DNA of 30,649 nt, taken from positions 1 through 30,649 of the forward strand of contig CAZIMD010000006.1 of assembly GCA_964540365.1 (NCBI GenBank), in the 5' to 3' direction. The notes below the pieces were generated by a model. The model saw only the letters and a program-made list of their open reading frames with translations. It had not been told where the DNA came from and did not search any database. The DNA comes from an uncultured Gammaproteobacteria bacterium. Lineage in GTDB: Bacteria > Patescibacteriota > Patescibacteriia > 2-12-FULL-60-25. The stretch's first letter is position 1, and the number at the start of each line of letters is the position of its first letter. This document shows positions 16,129-23,465 of the stretch, in pieces. A program made the position numbers and the translations under genes.

Positions 16129-17493
16129 ATGGAATCCGTCCGTGCCACGCCCGCCGCCGAGGCCCCTCAGCGCGAACGCGCGCCGTTCGCCGTGAACCGC
16201 GTCTTGTGGACCGATGCGGATTACGAACGGAAACACGAGGAGATGAAGGACCTTCCCTGCCTGCGCGGGGTAGAGACCTACGCCAGCATCCGTGACACCC
16301 TGCACGACCTCCGCACCGTGCACGCGGATGACCCCGCGTTCGCCTGGAAAGAAGGCCTGGGCGCTTTCGAGCCTCAACGGGTTGCCATGCGCTACAACGG
16401 GGAGGATTGGTCGCACCGGTTTCACAAGCAACCGAAATATGGCGCCAAGGAAGGTGAGGGGGACGAATCGTCGGTGACCTGGATCGCCAAGCACCTCGTG
16501 CGGCGGATCTCCGAGCTGACGCGCGCTTGCAAAAGGCGGCTGGAACAAGAGCCGGATGAAGGCGAACGGGAGGCGTTAAAGAAGGGGCTCGTGCAGGACG
16601 TCGAACAGACGGTTTCCCTCTTTTATTACAGCGACAAGGACAAGCGCGGGAACGTTTCGGTCATGGAACTGCACGGGCCACGAGGGCCGATCTACCTCTC
16701 GTCGGACGGGAACCATCGGCTGGCGGCGGCGAGGCTGATCGGACTGCGGAAGGTGCGCGGAAACATCACGCGGATCGAGGACCCGGTTGCGGCTCAGGCG
16801 TTCTGGAATGAGCTGCTGGTCATGCTTCCCCCAACGGTCGCGGCAGAGGTGCGGGAGTTCTACGACCAGCTCTATCCGCCCTCCGAGGAACAGCGGGCCG
16901 CGGAAGCGGCCGCACGGAACGCAACGGAGGGGCGAATGGAGGCCCTCAACGCCAAGCTTCTCGGCATCCGCCATCGGGAGCATATGGCAGCCTACGACAC
17001 GAAGCAGAAACAGGCGCGGGAGGAAGCGGAGGCAAAGCAGCGCTACGCGCTCGTGGAGAGCGCGTACGCGACCTTTGAACAAGCTCCGGGATTCAAGCAG
17101 ATGCTCCACCAGACCGCCCTAGACTATTTTTGGAACGCAAAAGATGACTATGTTCGAAAGCGGTACCGGCGCGAGGTGTCGGAAAACGGAATGATGCCGG
17201 CTCTCGACGGGAAAGACGAGGCGCATGTCCTGCACGTCAGCGTAGACGCGTGGCCGCGTGATACGGCGAAAGAGATCCAGTATGCGGCGATAAGGGCCTA
17301 TCAGCAGGCCCATCCCGAGATGGCGGGGGTCGGGGAAGAGCGGGCTCCACGCCCCGAAGCGACGACGGAGACACGGTCCACGCCGGAAATATCGAAATCG
17401 ACGCCTCCCCTCTCACACGTTAACGCCGGGGCCTGGCCGACGAGCGCCCCCAAAGACGGAAAGCCGATGCGCGCGGACGAGTACGGGGTCTAA
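16129..17493 (+). CDS. Hypothetical protein with a ParB/Sulfiredoxin-like motif and coiled-coil C-terminus
   Basis: 'IYLSSDGNHRLAAARLIG' matches the ParB/Srx DGxHR-x-xA motif. Start ATG 16129 lies 7 nt after TG-A-TATCTT. Confidence 0.55.
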   Translation: MESVRATPAAEAPQRERAPFAVNRVLWTDADYERKHEEMKDLPCLRGVETYASIRDTLHDLRTVHADDPAFAWKEGLGAFEPQRVAMRYNGEDWSHRFHKQPKYGAKEGEGDESSVTWIAKHLVRRISELTRACKRRLEQEPDEGEREALKKGLVQDVEQTVSLFYYSDKDKRGNVSVMELHGPRGPIYLSSDGNHRLAAARLIGLRKVRGNITRIEDPVAAQAFWNELLVMLPPTVAAEVREFYDQLYPPSEEQRAAEAAARNATEGRMEALNAKLLGIRHREHMAAYDTKQKQAREEAEAKQRYALVESAYATFEQAPGFKQMLHQTALDYFWNAKDDYVRKRYRREVSENGMMPALDGKDEAHVLHVSVDAWPRDTAKEIQYAAIRAYQQAHPEMAGVGEERAPRPEATTETRSTPEISKSTPPLSHVNAGAWPTSAPKDGKPMRADEYGV

Positions 17494-17509
17494 CTCGTCG
17501 CATCGCTCG

Positions 17510-18622
17510 TCAGGCACGAAAGAACCGGCGCGCCAAGAACGCGATCACCTGATCTTGGCCAGGAGTGCGTTGGAGGACGCCTTCCTCGTTGCGTTCGATG
17601 GCCTCCGCGAATTGGGGCAGGCCGCGCAAGAACCGTGCCAACGGCTCCGCTTCGAGCGTCGGATGCGCGATGCCAAATCCGTATTTCGCAATAACGTGTG
17701 CGTTCATGGCCTGTTCGTAGAGCGGCAACGGCAGGGCGTAGACGGGGATCCCGAGATGCATCGCTTCGGAAAGGAGCGTATGGCCGGCGGTTGAGATGAG
17801 GCCGTAGCAGGTCGAGAGGACGTCCGTGAAGCGCGGGTCGCCGTGGGCATAGAAACGGATCTGTTCCGGCAGCGGGGACGGGCAGAGACCATCGGGTGAG
17901 AAGAGATGGAAATCGGTGTCGGTATGGGGAGCCAAAACGCGGACGAGCGCGGCGAGATCCTGGGAGAACTCACGTTGCGAGGAAAGGTACAGGAGAACCG
18001 ACGGGCGCGCCGAAGGGCGCCGAACCATCCGGATGATGGATTCTTTTAGGATGGGTGGACAAAGCAGCACCCCCTCATGGGCATCGGCACGTTCGGCGAC
18101 GCGGAAGAACGAGCAGGCGATGCGCGCTTCGGCACGCGGGAAGAAGAGACGGAGGCGCTCGACCTCATCGCGGAAGCCCTGTCCCATGAGGCGTTCGGGG
18201 AAATCGCCGCAGAGATACTTGCTCTGCTGGTCGATGGTGACGAGGGGTGCGCCCTTGGCATAGGCATAGCTGGCGCTCACGGGCTCGTAGTCGGAGATCA
18301 CGAGGTCCGGGACCCCGAGGAGGCGCTGGGCCGTCGCCATCGCTTCGGCGTTCACGCGGAAGAAGTCGGGAGCGAGGGGCTGGCGGGCGGTGGCGAGGAA
18401 ATCCAGGCCGTCGGGCGTACCCACGTAGAAGGGGACGACGACGGGAACGACGTGGACCGAAGGGACGTCGCGGAACCGTTCGCGGTACACCCGCTCGCTC
18501 TCGCCGTACGCGAACAGCACGATCCGGCTGGAACGCGCGAAATGCTCGACGATCGGGAGCTGGCGGGAGGCGTGGCCGCGGCCGATCCCGCAGATGCCGT
18601 ACAGGATTTTGTGGAGTTTCAT
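17510..18622 (-). CDS. GT-B glycosyltransferase, MJ1255/VC2487-like
   Basis: 'ILYGICGIGRGHASR', 'PDLVISDYEP', 'ISTAGHTLLSEAMHLGIPVYALPL..YEQAMNA'. Start at ATG 18622 (ATGA overlap). Confidence 0.75.
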   Translation of the reverse strand: MKLHKILYGICGIGRGHASRQLPIVEHFARSSRIVLFAYGESERVYRERFRDVPSVHVVPVVVPFYVGTPDGLDFLATARQPLAPDFFRVNAEAMATAQRLLGVPDLVISDYEPVSASYAYAKGAPLVTIDQQSKYLCGDFPERLMGQGFRDEVERLRLFFPRAEARIACSFFRVAERADAHEGVLLCPPILKESIIRMVRRPSARPSVLLYLSSQREFSQDLAALVRVLAPHTDTDFHLFSPDGLCPSPLPEQIRFYAHGDPRFTDVLSTCYGLISTAGHTLLSEAMHLGIPVYALPLPLYEQAMNAHVIAKYGFGIAHPTLEAEPLARFLRGLPQFAEAIERNEEGVLQRTPGQDQVIAFLARRFFRA

Positions 18623-19509
18623 AGGGTCACGATCGTTTCCGTCACAAAGACGGGCGAACCGGCGATGGCGTAGACAGGAATCCGTTGCGTGACGCGCGCC
18701 AGGGCGGACGCAAGCCACTCCTGTGTTCCCGATGGAGGCGTGCCCGGCAGGATGGCCCGGCCGCCGCACAAGACGATATCGGCGTTCACCGCATCGAGGA
18801 AAGACGGATAGAGGGTATGGAGGGCGCTGAGCGGCGAGAGGCGGACGCATTCCTCCACGCCGTCATTCAACCGCGGGAGGACGATCGCGCGGATGCGGAC
18901 GGAGGCTTCTCGGGCCTGGAAGGCCGGGTCGAGAAAGAAGGCGTAGCGCGTTCCGTACGCGATCCCGGAGCCGATGAGGGGCCCGTGCTGGTCACGATCA
19001 ACGAGGCGGATCGTCGTTGTTTGGGTGCCCGCGGTGGCGATGAGGGAATCGTCCGCATCGAAAGTGACGACGGTCTTGTTGCCGGAGAAGAGGCGCCAGC
19101 CAAAGTCCCGGAGGAGGCGAAGGGTGAGGGTGGTTTTACCGGTTCCCGATGGCCCGGCAAGGAGCACGTAATCCCCATCCCCCACGCAAGCGGCGTGCAC
19201 GCAAAACACGTGGCGCTCAAGGAGCAGTCGCCGAAAAAGCCCGTAGATTGCATAAAATCCATCCATGGCGATCTCGCCGTTCCAGGCGTCATGGATCGTT
19301 ACCGTGTCGCCGTCGCAAACGGCCTCGGGCACGAGGGACTCGACATGACGGACCACCAAATCAGGTGGTGAAAAGGGTTCGGCCCGTAAGCGCGCTCCGG
19401 GCAAGTACGCGTGGAGGAGCGCTTCCGCCTTCGCGTCAAAACGGAGGTCGCGATCGCTCGTGAGGAGCGCCTGCACATTCCCCGGCAAGGAAAGATGGAA
19501 CTGGCTCAT
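18619..19509 (-). CDS. HPr-kinase-related P-loop protein
   Basis: 'HAACV...VLLAGPSGTGKTTL' (lHAa motif before Walker A), typical of HprK/PEPCK-like kinases. Start at ATG 19509, 6 nt after TG-G-TACAGT. Confidence 0.65.
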   Translation of the reverse strand: MSQFHLSLPGNVQALLTSDRDLRFDAKAEALLHAYLPGARLRAEPFSPPDLVVRHVESLVPEAVCDGDTVTIHDAWNGEIAMDGFYAIYGLFRRLLLERHVFCVHAACVGDGDYVLLAGPSGTGKTTLTLRLLRDFGWRLFSGNKTVVTFDADDSLIATAGTQTTTIRLVDRDQHGPLIGSGIAYGTRYAFFLDPAFQAREASVRIRAIVLPRLNDGVEECVRLSPLSALHTLYPSFLDAVNADIVLCGGRAILPGTPPSGTQEWLASALARVTQRIPVYAIAGSPVFVTETIVTL

Positions 19510-19565
19510 AGGGAAACTGTACCATAGAATGGTTGGGAAACGCTTCCACTTCACCCCTCATTTTT

Positions 19566-20696
19566 ATGCTTGTCACCGAACGCGTCCGCACCCTCGTCCA
19601 CCAGATCGACCTTGAGACAAATCCGTCTCGCCGTGACCATTGGCTCCACGAATTGATCATCGCCTTACGTGACGCCTGCGCACGCCCCGCGGCACGAGAC
19701 CGGTACGCGTCCCTCGCGCACGCTTCTGGGATGCCCTCCCCCTACCCCACCGATGCCGACGGCTACGCCCGTTCCTTCGATCCGCTCGAAGACGAGGAGG
19801 GGTTCATCGCCGCCTGGGAACGCCATGGGATCGTCGTCGGACGGCAGGTGATCCCTTCAGGACTTCGCAACGCGGCGATCGAACGGCTGCATGAGCTCGT
19901 CCTTGAATTAAGCGACGGCACTTGTGACCTGACGCGACCGGAAACCTGGAACGACCTCCCGACGGATGCAGCCGGCGTGCCCGTCTTGACCCGAGGGTTC
20001 TTCGAGATCTATCATGACGCGTTGCTCGCAGAGTTGCGGCAATCCGTGCGCATCTACGTGCACCACGTTTTACTATGGGGACGAGCGGAACTGTGGACGA
20101 GCTTTGACCGGTTCGGGATGAAGCTGCCGGGACACGTCGAGTCGCGCGCCCTGCCGTTGCACGTGGACCAAAATCCGCTCATCCATCCCGATTTTCGGAC
20201 AATCCAAGGCGTGTTGGCGTTAAGCGATTGCCCCGTGGAGCGTGGGACGTACGTCGGCGTGCCTGGGTCAAAGGCCTTGTTTCCCGGCTATGCCTCGATC
20301 GCTCCGGAGCGGGGCGAATACGTGGAGCTCTTGCCCTCCGCCGAGATCGCGCCGACCCTGGCGCACTTGGCCCAGCCCTTGCCGTTGCGTGGCGGCGACC
20401 TGGTCTCGTGGGACAGCCGGACGACGCATGCGAACACCGAAAACCGGTCGGACGACATCCGGATGGTCGCGCTGATCGCGGCGGGTCCGGCGCGCGAAGA
20501 TGACCCGTCGGCTGTCACGGCTCGAGAAGACGCCTTCCGGAGCGGCCTCGGCAGCAACGTCCGCGACGCGCTCATGCACGCCAGCAAGAAGCCCCGATTT
20601 ACGGACCCCATAGCGGCCAACCGCGTGCGGATCCCGGAACGGCTCACCCTGCTCGGCCAACTCCTCTACGGCCAACGCTCATATGAAACGCTCTAA
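19566..20696 (+). CDS. Fe(II)/2-oxoglutarate dioxygenase, phytanoyl-CoA dioxygenase (PhyH)-like
   Basis: 'LPLHVDQNP' (HxD), 'IQGVLALSDC...VPGSK', 'GDLVSWDSRTTHAN' (distal His), 'RMVALI'. Start uncertain (19533 or 19566). Confidence 0.8.
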   Translation: MLVTERVRTLVHQIDLETNPSRRDHWLHELIIALRDACARPAARDRYASLAHASGMPSPYPTDADGYARSFDPLEDEEGFIAAWERHGIVVGRQVIPSGLRNAAIERLHELVLELSDGTCDLTRPETWNDLPTDAAGVPVLTRGFFEIYHDALLAELRQSVRIYVHHVLLWGRAELWTSFDRFGMKLPGHVESRALPLHVDQNPLIHPDFRTIQGVLALSDCPVERGTYVGVPGSKALFPGYASIAPERGEYVELLPSAEIAPTLAHLAQPLPLRGGDLVSWDSRTTHANTENRSDDIRMVALIAAGPAREDDPSAVTAREDAFRSGLGSNVRDALMHASKKPRFTDPIAANRVRIPERLTLLGQLLYGQRSYETL

Positions 20697-21807
20697 CCAG
20701 CGCCTCCTCCTGAACGCCGAGCCGTTCGGGTTCGGCCCGAGCGCCGCCATCGCCACGTTCTTCCCCTTCCTGCGCGAACGGTTTTCCTGGATCGGCTATC
20801 TGGGGAGCGGGCACACGCTCGACCTCCAACGACCGCTCCCTTACGACGAGATCATCGACTCGACGGGATTTTCTGAAACCGAAGAATCGCAGCTCATGAC
20901 GGAACTCGGCGAACGATATGACCTCCTTTTAACGGCCCTAGACTTCCGCATCGCCGAACAGGCTAAACGGGCGGGCCTGGTCGCCTGCGTCTACGATCCC
21001 ATCACTTGGTTCTGGAAAGAGATCCCTCCGGCCGCACGCGGTTGCGACCTGTATATTGCGCAAAACTTTATCGGCGTCGAGGCGCGCCTCGAACGCGAAC
21101 GCGACCGGTTCCCCCGTACCGTCCTAGTGCCCGCGATCGTGGAACCGAACATGGGCGGACCGCGGACACGGGAGCGCGTCCTCATCAACCTGGGCGGCCT
21201 ACAGAACCCGTTCTGGACGATCCAGGATGCCGCGCATTATGCGCGCGAGACGATCCGCGCCCTCAGACAGGTGCTTCCAAAGGACCTCCCCATCACGATC
21301 GCGACCAGCCAGGCAGTCGTCGATGCGCTCGGCGATCCCGATGCACAGCCCTACCGCCGCGCGGAAATGGAAACGCTCATGCGGACGAGCGCCTATGCCT
21401 TCATGACTCCCGGACTTGGGAACATCTACGACAGCGCCTGCCATGATCTTCCCACCGCCTGGCTCCCCGCCGCGAACGACAGCCAGGGGCAGCAGGCGGA
21501 TCTGCTGGAACGCGAAGGCCTCTGCGACGCGCGTCTCGACTGGAAGGACCTCCTTCCGGGACAACCGTTCTCGTATTGGGGCGAACAGGCGGAGGCGCTT
21601 AAACGGATCACGGCAGCCGTCCAGCAGCTGACCGCGCGGCCAGAAGCGCAACAGCGACTGGAAGACGCCTGTCGGCAAGCGATACAAACTCTTCAAAATC
21701 GGCCCGGAACGAGTGGCCGCGCCCTCCTAACGCGGTTCGGGACCGGTGGGGCGCGGCAGGTGGCGGTAGCCGTCTTCGAGCTGGCCGAAACGGATGCGAT
21801 TTCTTAG
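20683..21807 (+). CDS. Putative GT-B glycosyltransferase, possibly related to cytosylglucuronate-synthase-like enzymes
   Basis: N-terminal 'LLLNAEPFGFGPSA' glycine loop, mid 'VLINLGG', C-terminal 'TPGLGNIYDSA...PTAWLPAANDSQ' donor-binding pattern. Subfamily call is from memory of motifs only. Confidence 0.5.
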   Translation: MKRSNQRLLLNAEPFGFGPSAAIATFFPFLRERFSWIGYLGSGHTLDLQRPLPYDEIIDSTGFSETEESQLMTELGERYDLLLTALDFRIAEQAKRAGLVACVYDPITWFWKEIPPAARGCDLYIAQNFIGVEARLERERDRFPRTVLVPAIVEPNMGGPRTRERVLINLGGLQNPFWTIQDAAHYARETIRALRQVLPKDLPITIATSQAVVDALGDPDAQPYRRAEMETLMRTSAYAFMTPGLGNIYDSACHDLPTAWLPAANDSQGQQADLLEREGLCDARLDWKDLLPGQPFSYWGEQAEALKRITAAVQQLTARPEAQQRLEDACRQAIQTLQNRPGTSGRALLTRFGTGGARQVAVAVFELAETDAIS

Positions 21808-21845
21808 AGATTACGCCGAAAAAGCGACGGGGAAGGCTGCACGCC

Positions 21846-21874
21846 TTGCCTTCCCCGCCCCGTCCGGGTACGAT
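21846..21874 (+). promoter_or_regulatory. tRNA promoter
   Basis: TTGCCT-17 nt-TACGAT, 21 nt upstream of the tRNA. Confidence 0.55.
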
Positions 21875-21895
21875 GGCCCGGCACGAAAAACCCAT

Positions 21896-21969
21896 AGGGG
21901 CGTCGTATAATGGTAGTACAACGGTCTCCAAAACCGTTAGCGTGGGTTCGATTCCCCCCGCCCCTGCCA
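21896..21969 (+). tRNA. trnW: tRNA-Trp (CCA)
   Basis: Acceptor stem AGGGGCG/CGCCCCT, discriminator G, encoded CCA end; anticodon arm ACGGT-CTCCAAA-ACCGT; T loop TTCGATT. Confidence 0.96.
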
Positions 21970-23454
21970 CGCCGAACACTCGTCAACCGACGAGTGTTTT
22001 GCTATCGAAAAAAACGGTTGTTTCAGCGTAAAATCAGGCACAGAATCCTTGATCGTGGAGTTCGATAGTAAAAATTGGAGTAGTTCGCGTTTTTCTTCTG
22101 GTTTCGCTTGTTCAAACAGTTTTCCTGCGTTTTTTGCGAGTTCTAAAATCTTTCGGCCAAACTCGTAATAACCGATGTCTGCCTTGTTGTGTAATGCGAT
22201 GCGTTCGGCAAGATCGTCGAGACGGGTTTTATACTCGGCATACTTGGAATCGTAGAACTCATCGCTCACTCGACCATCGAGTTTATCTTCGTACATCTTG
22301 TCGAGCCTATTTTTGAGCATGGAGTGCTCCCGAACGAGCATGTCGTAGTCTTTGTCGTGCGTAGCCCGCTTCTCTTCTAACGACTGTTTCAAGCCCGTCA
22401 CGACATAAGCAAGGCCGTTCTCGCTCAAATGGACTTTATCAAACAAAGTGCGCGTTTCAACGTCGATAACCTCTTCACGGATCGGCTTCTGCGAACAGGC
22501 TGTCTCGAACTTGGTACAACGATAGTAAACGTATTTCCCTTTCTTGATCTCAGCCGTGATCGTGCGGTCACATTCACCACAAGCGAAAACACCCTTATAA
22601 ACAAAGGGCTTGATGTTATGTCGCTTGCATTTGTTCAGATTCTTGCCGCTTAGAACGTCCTGTACGGCTTGCCACGTCTCCAAATCAACCAACGGGGCAT
22701 GCTTGCCGTCGTAGAGTTTGCCCTGCCATATGAACTTGCCGATGTAAAAAGGATCGTGAAGCATCCGAGACATGACGGACTTCTTTAGCTCGCAGCGACC
22801 AATGGGCATGTCCTTGGCCAATTTCAAATCCTCAACGTATTGGACGATGCTTTTTAGCGAATGTTGCCCCGTCGCATACACGTTGAAAATCGTTTGTATG
22901 AGCTGTTTATTTCTCTCGTCGATAATGATGATCGACTTTTTCGTGATCGGGTCTTTAGCGTTTAGGTATCCGAGGGGAGCTTGATGCGGATACTCCCCGA
23001 GCCGCAGCTTCTCTTTGATGCCTTTGTCTACCTCTTCTTTGAGGTTGTCGATAAATCCCTTCGCCATGACGGTTTTCAGGCCGTGCATGAGCTTATCCGA
23101 CGCCTTGCTGTCCGTGCCGATGCTCTGACCTTCTTTGACGAGGTGAACGGTTACGTTACATTCCTTGATGAGCTCTTCAACAGTCACGTAATCGCGGAAG
23201 TTTCGATGCAGGCGATCCGTCTTTTCGACGAGAATAAACTTGATACCGTGCTGGCGAACGTAGGCGAGCATCTTGTTGAACTCCTTGCGCCCTGCTTCCT
23301 TAGCCGTTTCAGCCTCTTCAAACTCTTTGACCACGTTATAGCCATTATTGCGCGCAAAGTCCCACAGGAGCCGTTTTTGGGCACCAAGTGAATTGCCCAG
23401 CTCCTGCTGTTCACGGCTTGATACTCGGACGTAGGTAACGGCTTTATTAAACAC
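21937..23454 (-). CDS. Large serine recombinase (resolvase + recombinase + Zn-ribbon/coiled coil)
   Basis: 'YVRVSSREQ' catalytic Ser motif, 'EKTDRLHRN', 'APLGY', 'GKHAPLVDLETWQAVQ', 'CGEC...YYRC'. GTG start. The last 11 codons are the tRNA antisense strand. Confidence 0.95.
   Translation of the reverse strand: MFNKAVTYVRVSSREQQELGNSLGAQKRLLWDFARNNGYNVVKEFEEAETAKEAGRKEFNKMLAYVRQHGIKFILVEKTDRLHRNFRDYVTVEELIKECNVTVHLVKEGQSIGTDSKASDKLMHGLKTVMAKGFIDNLKEEVDKGIKEKLRLGEYPHQAPLGYLNAKDPITKKSIIIIDERNKQLIQTIFNVYATGQHSLKSIVQYVEDLKLAKDMPIGRCELKKSVMSRMLHDPFYIGKFIWQGKLYDGKHAPLVDLETWQAVQDVLSGKNLNKCKRHNIKPFVYKGVFACGECDRTITAEIKKGKYVYYRCTKFETACSQKPIREEVIDVETRTLFDKVHLSENGLAYVVTGLKQSLEEKRATHDKDYDMLVREHSMLKNRLDKMYEDKLDGRVSDEFYDSKYAEYKTRLDDLAERIALHNKADIGYYEFGRKILELAKNAGKLFEQAKPEEKRELLQFLLSNSTIKDSVPDFTLKQPFFSIAKHSSVDECSAWQGRGESNPR
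21963..21971 (+). repeat. attL core CCTGCCACG
   Basis: Overlaps the tRNA 3' end; identical copy at 30103-30111; coincides with the composition shift. Confidence 0.75.
21975..22000 (+). terminator. Terminator-like hairpin directly after the tRNA, inside the recombinase CDS
   Basis: AACACTCGTC-AACC-GACGAGTGTT-TT, a perfect 10-bp stem. Confidence 0.6.
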
Positions 23455-23465
23455 ATTGATTACGT

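Noticed and set aside
21608-22031. ORFs overlapping the tRNA (21608..21979, 21804..21986, 21846..22031)
   Set aside because: Translations of the tRNA and its promoter (e.g. GIEPTLTVLET), a common artefact. The LSR overlap was kept because it continues a 505-aa motif-bearing frame.
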